Positions 20,181 to 30,050 of a stretch of 40,614 nt of DNA are shown in pieces. Origin of the DNA: Candidatus Dojkabacteria bacterium (lineage in GTDB: Bacteria; Patescibacteriota; Dojkabacteria; SC72); contig JBMNPD010000005.1 of the NCBI GenBank assembly GCA_050943415.1, forward strand, positions 1 through 40,614, given 5' to 3'. A program made the translations under genes and the position numbers. How positions within the stretch are numbered: the stretch's first letter is position 1; every line of letters starts with the position of its first letter. A model generated the notes under the pieces. It saw only the letters and a list, made by a program, of their open reading frames with translations. It did no database searches and was not told where the DNA came from.

Positions 20181-21134
20181 ATGCAGAAATATCCAGAAAT
20201 AGAAAAAATATATAATGATATACAAAAGTTGAACATTCAGGGAGCTACCAATGTATGTATCTCTACCTTCGAAGGTATGAAGTTGTACTTGAAAATAACT
20301 AAAGAAAGTGATCCTAAAGTTGTTAAGGAGGAATTTTTTAGAATAGGGAGTGATCTTGCACATGCAAGAGAGAACGAACCTCTAGCTAGAAATGGTGTAA
20401 CATTTGTAAAATATTTTTTTGAAAAAGAGTTTACTGTTTTACCATCTTTAAATAGTATGAAACAAAGGCTAGATGCCCTTTGTGATCAGTATTTGGACAT
20501 GGTAGAGAGTTCTAAAAGAGAGTTAATAGATATTGGGACAAACAATCTGTATAACTTCGACAAGATATTGACGCACTGTCATTCATCTACAGCAGTATCG
20601 TTGATTAAATCATTGGGTAAAGGAGATAGACAGTTTGAAGTAGTATGTACAGAAACAAGACCTCTCTTTCAGGGTAGAAAAACAGCTAAGAGTTTGTTGG
20701 AGGCTCGTATTAAGACAACTATGATAGCTGATAGTGCAGCAGAATCATTTGTGATTGGTAGAGGTAGTAGTAAGGTGGAAGCAGTCTTGATAGGTTGTGA
20801 TGAGATAATTTCTGGAGGACATGCGATAAACAAGATAGGGAGTTGGGGAATAGCTATGGCGGCACATTATGCAGGTATTCCTTTGTATGTAGTAACACCA
20901 TTGCTTAAGCTTGATGAGGAATCGGACAAAACTGTAAAAATAGAAGTACGTGAGAGTAAAGAACTTTGGAAAGATGCTCCTAAAGGTCTTGTAATGTACA
21001 ACCCTGCGTTTGAAATAATTGATAATATGTTAATAGCAGGATATGTTACGGAGATAGGTATAATAAAGCCGCAAGATTTGGAAAGGGAAACAGAGCTTAG
21101 ATATCCTTGGGTATTTGAAAATGTCAAAATATAG
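20181..21134 (+). CDS. Ribose-1,5-bisphosphate isomerase (eIF-2B family)
   Basis: IQGAT, LTHCHSS, ETRPLFQG, NKIGS, NPAFE; adjacent to AMP phosphorylase. Confidence 0.85.
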   Translation: MQKYPEIEKIYNDIQKLNIQGATNVCISTFEGMKLYLKITKESDPKVVKEEFFRIGSDLAHARENEPLARNGVTFVKYFFEKEFTVLPSLNSMKQRLDALCDQYLDMVESSKRELIDIGTNNLYNFDKILTHCHSSTAVSLIKSLGKGDRQFEVVCTETRPLFQGRKTAKSLLEARIKTTMIADSAAESFVIGRGSSKVEAVLIGCDEIISGGHAINKIGSWGIAMAAHYAGIPLYVVTPLLKLDEESDKTVKIEVRESKELWKDAPKGLVMYNPAFEIIDNMLIAGYVTEIGIIKPQDLERETELRYPWVFENVKI

Positions 21135-21156
21135 TTAAATTAATTCTACTTTTAAA

Positions 21157-22680
21157 ATGGGTTTCTATCTAAAAAGCAAAAACTTAGATCTTGGAGAAGA
21201 TGATGATTTTAATGTGGTACTTAACAGGCAGGATGCTCGTAGAATAGGAGTAAAGGAGGGGGAGTCAGTAATGATTGGGTTTGGAGAGGTAGAATTGTAC
21301 GCGGATGTAATGGAAACAGATTCGCAGGTTCCTGAAGGAAGTATAGGTTTGTTTGAAGAGATATGGAAAGAATACAACATTGATTCTGGAAGTACAATTT
21401 TTGTTGATTTGCATCAACCTAGTGCTTCTTTGGAGGCAATTAGTAAGAAATTAATGGGTAAGACTTTGAGCAAAAGTGATTTAGAGGGTATTATGAAAGA
21501 TATTGGGTCAAGGAGGCTTAGGGAAACAGAGATAGCATTCTTCGTCTCAACTTTCTTTAATCCTGGTTTTAACGATGATGAGATATATTGGATGACAAAA
21601 GGTATGGCCGAATCAGGAGACACACTTTCTTTTAAAGGAATAAGAGGTAATGGAGATTTGGTTGCAGATAAGCACTCAATAGGTGGAGTAGCTGGTAAAG
21701 CAATTACTCCAACATTGGTTCCAATACTTGTTGCAGGTGGTTTAATTGTTCCAAATACTTCTACTAGAGCAATTACATCTCCTGCAGGAACTACCGATAT
21801 TTTGGAAGTAGTTATGCCAATAGCTCTCACAAAAGAGCAGATAATGGATGTAGTTAAAAAAACAGGTGGTTGTATGTTCTGGGGAGGTTCTCTAGAACTT
21901 TCTCCTGCTGATGATGTAATTATTAATGTTGAAAGGTCATTAAGAATACAGGAGTTTCAAAAAGTGTTGGTAAGTATTGTGGCAAAGAAAGTATGTATGG
22001 GAATAACGAACATCTTAATTGATCTTCCTTACGGTAAGGGTTCGAAGGTAGAGAGTGCTGATGCTGTAGATATGTTAGACAAACAATTTAGAAAGCTTTT
22101 TAAGAAATTTAACATAGAGTGTGAGACAATCAAAAGAGCTATTAAAGGTCCTGATGGAAGAAGTATAGGTCCTAATCTTGAGATAAGGGAGGCTCTTCGA
22201 ATATTAGAGAGAACAGATGATAGGAGTTTAGAGTTAGAAAAAGTTATTATTGAAATGGCATCTAGACTTTTTGAGAATACAAAGAAAGCAGAGATAGGGG
22301 AGGGTAAGAGAATGGCTGAAGAGATTTTAGAATCAGGAAAAGCTTTAGAGAAGTTCTGGGAGATAGCTTTTGCACAAGGTGCAACTAAAAGATTGAAATC
22401 TACCGATATTAAAAGTGCAAAGCTTGAGTATGATTTACTTTCAGATAGAGATGGTGTAGTTAGGAGAATTGACAATGTTGCGTTGGTATCAATAGCTAGA
22501 GCATTAGGAAATCCTAAGATAAAAGATGCTGGTATTCGTATTAACAAAATGCCGGGTGAGAGTGTTAAGAAAGGGGAAGTACTTATGACTCTTTATGCAG
22601 CTACAGAGAATCGTTTGGCTGGTGGTAAAGGGTTGTTAGATATTGATAAGCTATTTACTTTTAGAACTCTTTCTAAGTAG
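21157..22680 (+). CDS. AMP phosphorylase (archaeal-type thymidine phosphorylase family)
   Basis: N-terminal extension, DKHSIGGVAG, TRAITSPAGTTD, LSPADD, SIVAKK. Confidence 0.88.
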   Translation: MGFYLKSKNLDLGEDDDFNVVLNRQDARRIGVKEGESVMIGFGEVELYADVMETDSQVPEGSIGLFEEIWKEYNIDSGSTIFVDLHQPSASLEAISKKLMGKTLSKSDLEGIMKDIGSRRLRETEIAFFVSTFFNPGFNDDEIYWMTKGMAESGDTLSFKGIRGNGDLVADKHSIGGVAGKAITPTLVPILVAGGLIVPNTSTRAITSPAGTTDILEVVMPIALTKEQIMDVVKKTGGCMFWGGSLELSPADDVIINVERSLRIQEFQKVLVSIVAKKVCMGITNILIDLPYGKGSKVESADAVDMLDKQFRKLFKKFNIECETIKRAIKGPDGRSIGPNLEIREALRILERTDDRSLELEKVIIEMASRLFENTKKAEIGEGKRMAEEILESGKALEKFWEIAFAQGATKRLKSTDIKSAKLEYDLLSDRDGVVRRIDNVALVSIARALGNPKIKDAGIRINKMPGESVKKGEVLMTLYAATENRLAGGKGLLDIDKLFTFRTLSK

Positions 22681-24540
22681 ATGCTTGTTTAAATCTTTGT
22701 TAGTAAGTTGTTTCTTGGAATTGTTATTCTTTGTTTTATGATATACAAATCTCGCAAGTGTGATTAACGCAACTATTAGTAGAATAGAAGTAAGGACAGG
22801 TATTGTTATGAGTAGTGCTCTTCCTGCGACTGTTGCTTTTAAGAATGTGTTAAACCAGTTAGATACTTTGTATTGATTGCGATTCTCGATTACCTGATTC
22901 TCTTGTGGCAAAAGATCGGCATATGCTTTTAATACTGTTAAGTCTGGTTGTTCTGTTACAGCGTATATTTTTAATGAAAAACCTTTGTTATCTAAGTTAC
23001 CTAATAGGTCAGCAGAGTAAATCATTATGTTTGAAAGAGAATCACTATTGAAAGTCTCCCAAAGTACTCTGTCTATCATTTGCCCAATCTTCATATTTTC
23101 ACTCTCAAAAGTAGGATCGACAGATAACCAACCGTAATCAGGTACCCATATCTGTACCCACTGATGTCTAATCTGTTCTTTGTTATCTTCTATTATATTT
23201 GCATAACCAAGTGCTGCTCTTGCAGGAATACCTTGTGCTCTCAATATGGCTATCATGGAGTCTGCATACTCCATACAAACAGATCTGCCTCCTGCTAATG
23301 CTGCTATTGCACCAATTCTTTCGTTGTCTGAATTTGCTTTCTCGTTGTCATACTCCAAAGTATCATTTATAAATTTGTAATCTGACCTAATTACATCAAG
23401 AAGAGTACCTTGATCCTTTAGTAGATTGCTTGCTGTTTGAACAATATATGAATCTGTACTCTGCCAGAACTTAGTAGGTCTCAAGTATGAGTTAGCTAAC
23501 TTCCACTCTTTTATCTTTGCAAAATATTGCTCTAAATTGATATTAAGAGCGTCACTCTGCTTCTCGTATTCATTCTGTTGAACAGTAATATATCCTGAAA
23601 TTGTAATTTGACTTTCTTGATTTGCAGGTACTTCAAATGTAGCTAACATATTACCCTCATCATCTATATGGATCTTCGTAGGAGTAGGGGAAACATTCTC
23701 GAAATATACTTTTTGATTAGTTTCTGCAAACTCTCTAGGTAAAGATATCTCATATATATTTGTTGATATGGATTGTAGTAGACTTGCAACCGGAGTTATC
23801 TTGTCCGTTTTAGGAGTGTTGTATGACAGCTCGAATTTGTATGTTGCTTTTGTCCCAAATTCAAGTATTGGAGGATTTTCTATTCTGTCACCTTGAGTAA
23901 AGCTGTAATATGTGTTTGTGTTGTTTTCTGATTTAGTAAATTTAGGATATATCTTACTAAGTGGAGGAATATTCTTGTCAGTACTTATGGTAAAGTTGTA
24001 GGTGTAACTTGTAACTGTTCCGTTAACGTCATCAGTTTCTTCAAACTTAATGTCTTTTGGAAGTGATGTTCCAATTAGTGTGATATATTCTCCTGCCTTT
24101 AGAACATAGTCGTGAGTATTGTATGTCATTATTATTCGATATGGAGATGTGCGAGTTGTTGTACGGTAGTTTTTTACCTTGATGTAAATGCCATCGTTTG
24201 TAGGAAGATTCTCTACCTCGTAAGAGAGATCTTTTTTTAATTCGTTCTTTACTGTAAGAGAAGATATTTTGAATTCTCTTTCCTTTGCAATGCTTTCTTC
24301 TGATCCTGTTGTGGCATCAGGTATATGGAATATTCTTTCTCCATCTGCAGGGAAGTAGTAGTTAGCATTCTCTACTGTACGAATATATTCTGTTGTTACA
24401 GTAACATAGTCGTTACCTGTGATGTAAGAGAATTCTGTATCTGTAGTAATTGTAAAATCTGCTTTCTTAGCAGAGTAAACTGGTAGAGTAAAACCAAGAG
24501 TAATTAGCAAAGAAAGAAGTATTTTGTATTTCCATTTCAT
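22651..24540 (-). CDS. Transglutaminase-like domain membrane-anchored protein
   Basis: VCMEYA...LRAQGIPAR, HQWVQ, GWLSVDPT catalytic triad; signal peptide and C-terminal TM. Confidence 0.88.
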   Translation of the reverse strand: MKWKYKILLSLLITLGFTLPVYSAKKADFTITTDTEFSYITGNDYVTVTTEYIRTVENANYYFPADGERIFHIPDATTGSEESIAKEREFKISSLTVKNELKKDLSYEVENLPTNDGIYIKVKNYRTTTRTSPYRIIMTYNTHDYVLKAGEYITLIGTSLPKDIKFEETDDVNGTVTSYTYNFTISTDKNIPPLSKIYPKFTKSENNTNTYYSFTQGDRIENPPILEFGTKATYKFELSYNTPKTDKITPVASLLQSISTNIYEISLPREFAETNQKVYFENVSPTPTKIHIDDEGNMLATFEVPANQESQITISGYITVQQNEYEKQSDALNINLEQYFAKIKEWKLANSYLRPTKFWQSTDSYIVQTASNLLKDQGTLLDVIRSDYKFINDTLEYDNEKANSDNERIGAIAALAGGRSVCMEYADSMIAILRAQGIPARAALGYANIIEDNKEQIRHQWVQIWVPDYGWLSVDPTFESENMKIGQMIDRVLWETFNSDSLSNIMIYSADLLGNLDNKGFSLKIYAVTEQPDLTVLKAYADLLPQENQVIENRNQYKVSNWFNTFLKATVAGRALLITIPVLTSILLIVALITLARFVYHKTKNNNSKKQLTNKDLNKHLLRKSSKSK

Positions 24541-24609
24541 AATTCAATCATGATATCATTTTTCTCTACATTATCATATTCTTCATTTTTGGTATATAAT
24601 CAGCTGATT

Positions 24610-25716
24610 ATGTCACTGAAAAGATCACACAATCTTTCACTAGGAGTAGTAGGTTTGCCTAATGTTGGTAAGTCTACTATTTTTAATGCTTTAACAAAGT
24701 TGTCTGTTCCTGCTGAGAACTTTCCTTTCTGTACGATAGATAAGAATGTGGGGATTGTTGAAATTCCTGATGAGAGGTTGGATAGGTTAGCGAAGTTTTT
24801 CAAAGCACAGAAGGTTGTTCCTTCTGCTATTACTTTTGTAGATATTGCAGGTTTGGTTAAGGGTGCTTCTAAAGGAGAGGGTTTGGGTAATCAATTTTTG
24901 GGTCATATTCGTGAGGTTGATGTAATTATGTATGTTCTTAGGGCATTTGAGAGTAAGAGTATTGTACATGTATATGACAGGATAGATCCTGTACGGGATT
25001 TTGAGATTGTACAATCAGAGTTGATTCTGAAGGATATAGAGACTGTAACTAAAAGAGTTGGTGTGGTAGAGAAATTAAGTAGGATAGGGGATGAGAAAGG
25101 TAAGAAGGAGTATGATGTTTTGAAGAGGGTTTTAGATAGCTTGAATGAAGATATTCCTGTTATAGATATGAAGTTGTCGGAGGTAGAGCAAGAGATTCTG
25201 TATGATTTGCATTTGTTAACTAACAAGAAGAGGTTGTTTGTTTTGAATTGTAAGGAGGGTTTGAATATGGGTGTTGTTAATGAATGGAAAATAGAGTTAG
25301 AGAAGAGAACAGGTGATATTGTTAAGGTAGTTGATGTTAAGTTGATACAGGATATGGCTGATTTAGATGAGAATGAAAAAAGAGAGTATTTGGAACTTCT
25401 TGATGGTACTCCAACTGTAGCTGAGGATATTGTAATGGGAGCATACGATACTCTTAATCTCATAACTTTCTATACAGGGTCTGAGAAGGAGTGTAATGCA
25501 TGGAGTATTGAAAAAGGTGCTAATGCTAAAGAGGCAGCAGGTGCAATTCATACAGATTTGATGAATGGTTTTGTGAGTGCAGAGGTTGTAAATGTTGATA
25601 CACTTTTAGATTGTGGAGGTTGGAATGGAGCAAAGGAGAAAGGTTTAATTAAAAGTGTTGGTAAGGAGTATATAGTGGAGGATGGTGAGTATATGGTGGT
25701 TTTGGCTAATAAATAG
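24610..25716 (+). CDS. ychF: Redox-regulated ATPase YchF
   Basis: GLPNVGKST, NFPFCTI, DIAGLVKGASKGEGLGNQFL, AAGAIHTD. Start set at MSLKR (24610), downstream of TATAAT 24595-24600. Confidence 0.95.
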   Translation: MSLKRSHNLSLGVVGLPNVGKSTIFNALTKLSVPAENFPFCTIDKNVGIVEIPDERLDRLAKFFKAQKVVPSAITFVDIAGLVKGASKGEGLGNQFLGHIREVDVIMYVLRAFESKSIVHVYDRIDPVRDFEIVQSELILKDIETVTKRVGVVEKLSRIGDEKGKKEYDVLKRVLDSLNEDIPVIDMKLSEVEQEILYDLHLLTNKKRLFVLNCKEGLNMGVVNEWKIELEKRTGDIVKVVDVKLIQDMADLDENEKREYLELLDGTPTVAEDIVMGAYDTLNLITFYTGSEKECNAWSIEKGANAKEAAGAIHTDLMNGFVSAEVVNVDTLLDCGGWNGAKEKGLIKSVGKEYIVEDGEYMVVLANK

Positions 25717-25777
25717 GTTGAATTCACGGGGTTTTATTTGTTTTAATTGTAAGAATTTAATGGTATAATTAGATATA

Positions 25778-25850
25778 ACAGGCTAGGCACACTCCTCTGC
25801 AACATTGAAATAATATGTGTAAAAAAGCGGAGGGTTACTACCTAGTCTGT
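25778..25850 (+). ncRNA. Candidate small structured RNA convergent with the nuclease gene
   Basis: TGGTATAAT at 25761-25769, then nested stems ACAGGCTAGG/CCTAGTCTGT and CCTCTGC/GCGGAGG with G-U pairs that work on the + strand. Confidence 0.45.
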
Positions 25851-25851
25851 G

Positions 25852-26520
25852 TTACTTCAGTACAATCTCTATGATTTCTCCTCTGGTAAATACTAAGATT
25901 CTGGTGGCTTTATTCCCTTGAGTTCTTCTATTAAATTTAGAAAGTTGAAATGCTAATGTTCTGGTTAGTTTCTTTCTTCCTAGATCTATCATGAAATTTC
26001 TTTTGCCTCTCTTGATTGCATGTCTTACAGTTTTTGAAATAGAGCTGTATTTTGCATACTGAACTGTTTTTAATTCCCATTGATTGTTGTTCCAAACAAA
26101 ATCGTTAGTTGGTTGTGCAATTTTCCCTTTTCCTGAGGTATCAGGCTTAATCCATCTAATTGAATATCCTAAATTTGTAAATCTCTGAGCAAAATCTTTC
26201 TCTTGTGCCTTGAAGATATTCTCATCATTATACTCTTCTAAACTTAATTCTATCCTCTTGTGTAATGGTGTTCTTCTTATTTTGTTGAACTCTTTGCTTG
26301 TTAACTTAGGTTTAGGCAGTGTTTTAGCTACAGATTTGTCAGGTTTATCATATCTCCATAGTCTGTACTGTTTCTTCATTTCTTCCCACTCTTTTTGGTT
26401 GGTATATTTAAACTTTAGAAAATCTTCAAAAGTTGTAGGAAGGTTAGGTATTCTAGCTTTCCTGTAGTATTCAAACTGTTTTTTAGCAAATGGTATGTTA
26501 GTAAGATGTTTTTTAGACAT
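25852..26520 (-). CDS. Putative PD-(D/E)XK nuclease, CdiA C-terminal tRNase-like toxin domain
   Basis: PTNDFVWNNNQWELKT...SKTVRHAIKRGKRNFMIDL pattern; N-terminal QFEYY..PTTFEDFLKFKY..EWEEMK resembles segments preceding toxin domains in phage MuF proteins (pattern recall). Confidence 0.55.
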   Translation of the reverse strand: MSKKHLTNIPFAKKQFEYYRKARIPNLPTTFEDFLKFKYTNQKEWEEMKKQYRLWRYDKPDKSVAKTLPKPKLTSKEFNKIRRTPLHKRIELSLEEYNDENIFKAQEKDFAQRFTNLGYSIRWIKPDTSGKGKIAQPTNDFVWNNNQWELKTVQYAKYSSISKTVRHAIKRGKRNFMIDLGRKKLTRTLAFQLSKFNRRTQGNKATRILVFTRGEIIEIVLK

Positions 26521-26777
26521 ACCTTTAATTATATTTAAACAAAGAGATAAAAGAAAACAGGTTGTAGTAAGGATTTAATGAACTCTTAATGAAAAAATGT
26601 TGGTATATTTCCTCTTATTTAGGTAACATTATTTTTATCTAACGGTGGAGAGGATGATAGAATTGAGGAACCTAGCAGGAACTAGGCTAATATTATTGGA
26701 GAGAAGTAGGTTTAAAAGTGTAAGGAAATTATAGTTGAAGAAGTAAGGGAGGGTTTTAAGATTTAAATATTTTAGTA

Positions 26778-28319
26778 ATGCTTAAGATCACAAATCTAAC
26801 AATAGAGACTGAGGAACATAAACAGATAGTTAACGGATTAAATATCTCTCTAAAGAAAGGAGATAAACTTGCAATTATAGGAGAGGAGGGTAACGGTAAA
26901 AGTACCCTACTCAAAGTTATTAACAACTCCAAAGATATTGATAAATACTGTAAAGTATCTGGAGAAATAGAAACTTTCAATCAAACAATAGGATATTTAG
27001 AACAATCCCTAAATAGTGATTGGAATGACAAAGAAGTATATGAGTATTTTGTAAAGAATTCTCCGTATGATGAAATAGAGTATGAAAAATTTCATGACAT
27101 GAATATCTTTGTAGAACAATTGGTTAAAGTTGGAATTCAACCTTCCATTTTGGATAGTACACAAAAAATAGGTTCATTAAGTGGAGGAGAAAAAGTAAAG
27201 ATTCAGATTGCTAAATTACTTTCTGCTAAGCCAGAAATCTTACTCTTAGATGAGCCGACAAATGATTTAGATTTGGAAACCTTAGAATGGTTAGAATCAT
27301 TTATACAGCAACAAGAAAATATAATTATCTTTGTTTCGCATGATGAAACTCTTCTTGAAAGAACTGCTAATATGATATTACATTTAGAATATTTGCAAGG
27401 CAAAAAGGAAGCTAGACATACATGGTCAAAAACAGATTATGCAACATATGTAAAAAACAGAAAAATCAGATTAGAAAAACAAGAGCAATCGTATGGTAGA
27501 GAGAAAAGAGAATATTTAGAGGATAAAAGAATATTAAGTCGTCAGAAAAGTGCTGTTAGAACTGCTCAGATAAAAGTTAAAGATTCAAAAATAAGAAGGT
27601 TATTGAATAAAAAAATGAAAAACATTCTTGTTCAAGAAAGGAAAGCAGAGGAGAAGAAAAAAACAGAGAGAGTGGAAGTAGAAGAACCAATATTTATGAA
27701 ATTTAATGAGGAAATTGAAATGCCAAGTGGTAAGGTTGTTTTAGATATGAAGTTAGACAAGCTTGAAGTTGGTGGTAGAGTTCTGTCCAAAGATATAAAT
27801 CTTTTTGTAAAAGGAGCGGAGAAAGTTGGAATAATAGGAAAAAATGGAGTAGGGAAGACAACGTTGCTTAAGAAAATTAAGGAAAACTTTGAAAGTAGAG
27901 AAGATATTTCTTTCGGATATATGCCACAAAACTACAATGAAGTTCTACCATCTGATATTAAATCTATTGATTATATATTAAGTGCTCTAGAAGAAGAGGA
28001 TTCTGAGTTGATTACTGCATATATGGGGAGAATCAAATTAACTTGGGAAGAAATGAACACAATTACTTCAAAGCTTAGCTTAGGTCAAAAGGCAAAGTTA
28101 ATTTTGTTGTATATGATGCTCTCTAAAAATAATGTATTGCTTCTAGATGAACCCACAAGGAATATAAGTGCTTTGTCAAATCCTGTTGTCAGAGAAATTT
28201 TACAATCATATAAGGGAGCGATAATAAGTATCTCACATGATAGAAAATATTTGTCAGAGGTATGTGATACTGTATACGAACTAACCGTAGATGGATTGAG
28301 AAAACATTTGATAACATAA
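26778..28319 (+). CDS. ABC-F family ATP-binding protein
   Basis: Two NBDs (GEEGNGKST/LSGGE/DEPTN and GKNGVGKTT/LSLGQ/DEPTR), no TM segments. Confidence 0.9.
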   Translation: MLKITNLTIETEEHKQIVNGLNISLKKGDKLAIIGEEGNGKSTLLKVINNSKDIDKYCKVSGEIETFNQTIGYLEQSLNSDWNDKEVYEYFVKNSPYDEIEYEKFHDMNIFVEQLVKVGIQPSILDSTQKIGSLSGGEKVKIQIAKLLSAKPEILLLDEPTNDLDLETLEWLESFIQQQENIIIFVSHDETLLERTANMILHLEYLQGKKEARHTWSKTDYATYVKNRKIRLEKQEQSYGREKREYLEDKRILSRQKSAVRTAQIKVKDSKIRRLLNKKMKNILVQERKAEEKKKTERVEVEEPIFMKFNEEIEMPSGKVVLDMKLDKLEVGGRVLSKDINLFVKGAEKVGIIGKNGVGKTTLLKKIKENFESREDISFGYMPQNYNEVLPSDIKSIDYILSALEEEDSELITAYMGRIKLTWEEMNTITSKLSLGQKAKLILLYMMLSKNNVLLLDEPTRNISALSNPVVREILQSYKGAIISISHDRKYLSEVCDTVYELTVDGLRKHLIT

Positions 28320-28359
28320 GTATTGGTTAATGACATAAAACAGGGTATAATCTCCCAAC

Positions 28360-28443
28360 GGTCGAGTGGTGGAATAGGCAGACACGCGGGACTCAAAATC
28401 CCGTGCTAGCAATAGCATGAGGGTTCGATTCCCTCCTCGACCA
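28360..28443 (+). tRNA. tRNA-Leu(CAA), CCA not encoded
   Basis: Acceptor GGTCGAG/CTCGACC plus discriminator A, anticodon arm CGGGA-CTCAAAA-TCCCG, variable arm, T arm GAGGG-TTCGATT-CCCTC; TATAAT at 28346-28351. Confidence 0.97.
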
Positions 28444-28469
28444 TGTTCTTAATTAATAAATAATTAAAA

Positions 28470-29156
28470 ATGGAGCAGTTCATATTAGATTTCTTTGGTT
28501 CAGTTGGCAAAATAGATTTTGATTTTGTCATCAAAACACTTTCAATAATGTTAGTAGTTTTTTGGATAGTAGTAATATATTGGGTGTGGTTTGATGCATC
28601 TGAAAGAACATCAAACAAATGGGCAAAGATAGGGTATGTAGTGTTAACAACTCTGTTAAATATCATAGGTTTGTTAATATATCTCCTCATTAGACCAAGT
28701 AGAACAATAGAGGAAATATATTGGGCAGATCTAGAAAGAAGATATTTAAAGTATGAGACATCAGAGTTAGGTGATTGTCCTAAATGTGGTACTCAATTAG
28801 AGCCGGGTTACAAGTTCTGTCCTAACTGTAGATACAAATTGAAAATTAAATGTCCAAGCTGTGGAGTATATGTAGAAAGACACTCTAAGTACTGTGCTAA
28901 TTGTGGTAATGAATTAAATGGAAACAAGAAATTCGTTCCAAAAGAAGTACCTTCTAAAGAAGTTATGGAAGAACAAATAGCAACAACTAAAGAGCAAGTA
29001 GTAGAAGCAGTAGAATCAAACAAAGTTAAGTATTCTTCAGGGAAAGGTATTGCAGTTAAATTAAGTGATATGGCTCTTAAGCTTCTTGCTCCATTTAAAA
29101 AGACAGAGAAAGAAAAAGAAATTAAAAAGGAGAAGAAGAGTAAAAAGAAAAAATAG
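28470..29156 (+). CDS. Membrane protein with double zinc ribbon
   Basis: Two TM segments (WVWFDA...IYLLIRP) followed by four CxxCG/R motifs. Confidence 0.8.
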   Translation: MEQFILDFFGSVGKIDFDFVIKTLSIMLVVFWIVVIYWVWFDASERTSNKWAKIGYVVLTTLLNIIGLLIYLLIRPSRTIEEIYWADLERRYLKYETSELGDCPKCGTQLEPGYKFCPNCRYKLKIKCPSCGVYVERHSKYCANCGNELNGNKKFVPKEVPSKEVMEEQIATTKEQVVEAVESNKVKYSSGKGIAVKLSDMALKLLAPFKKTEKEKEIKKEKKSKKKK

Positions 29157-29208
29157 TGTGGTAAATATTGTGCTATTATTATTCTATTAAAGTAATATTA
29201 ACAACTCT

Positions 29209-30045
29209 GTGTTTGAACAAATATCTCAAAAAATCTTCTCGTATATTCCAAATTTAAGCCCATTACTTTTCTTTGTTTTAACTCTATTCATCTGTTTGTA
29301 TGTTTTTTGGAATGAGTGTGCTAGAACTAGAAAAAACAATTCATCAGTATTTGATGCATTCTTTGTATCTATCATATTTGGTGTTATTTTAGGAAGAATA
29401 TTCTACATTATTGGGAATTGGGAAGATTTCTCTAAATATATTTGGTATTGGTTACCGTATGAAAAGTATGGAGATGAAGTTTTTCTCTTTAGGGTACTAC
29501 CTTGGAGATTCTTTAGAGTATGGGATCTAGGTATAGATATACTCTTTCTTCTAGTAGGATTCTTCTCAATGTGTACAGTTTGGGTCTTAGTTGTGAAAAA
29601 ATGGACATGGAGTCATCTCTTTCCAGCCATCTATCTTTCTTCTTTTTCAGTATTAGCAGTATCATTCCTCTTCATTGGAAAGATGATTGGAAACAGTAAG
29701 TGGGGTACACAAGGTTTAATTATGGTTATCCTCATACTTCTGTTTCTTCTAATCAAAAAAATCCTCATCAAAGCATTAGTAGGAGTCAATGAAATGAAAG
29801 CGTTGTTAGGTGTAGATTCATTCTTCGTACTGTTGTCTACAGCAACAATTGTATTGATATATGCTAAATCAGAAATATTGATGATGGATGCTGTGGCTTT
29901 AGGAATATTTGTAATTTGGTCTCTTGTCGGATTGTTAATGCATATCTCTGACACTCGTAAAGCTACAGTTACCATAGAAAGGGTGTCTTCTGTGAGGCAT
30001 ATTTCCATAGATGAGGTTAAAAAGAATATTAGATTACCGAAATAA
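29209..30045 (+). CDS. Lgt-like multi-pass membrane protein
   Basis: GVILGRIFYIIGNW and FFRVWDLG resemble the Lgt N-terminal half; the C-terminal Lgt signature was not recognised. Confidence 0.5.
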   Translation: MFEQISQKIFSYIPNLSPLLFFVLTLFICLYVFWNECARTRKNNSSVFDAFFVSIIFGVILGRIFYIIGNWEDFSKYIWYWLPYEKYGDEVFLFRVLPWRFFRVWDLGIDILFLLVGFFSMCTVWVLVVKKWTWSHLFPAIYLSSFSVLAVSFLFIGKMIGNSKWGTQGLIMVILILLFLLIKKILIKALVGVNEMKALLGVDSFFVLLSTATIVLIYAKSEILMMDAVALGIFVIWSLVGLLMHISDTRKATVTIERVSSVRHISIDEVKKNIRLPK

Positions 30046-30050
30046 ATAGT

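Noticed and set aside
24550-24609. N-terminal extension of ychF
   Set aside because: It covers the divergent promoter region; ATG 24610 fits the family better.
28085-28690. Minus-strand ORFs 28085-28396 and 28406-28690
   Set aside because: Antisense shadows of the ABC-F gene, tRNA-Leu and the zinc-ribbon gene.
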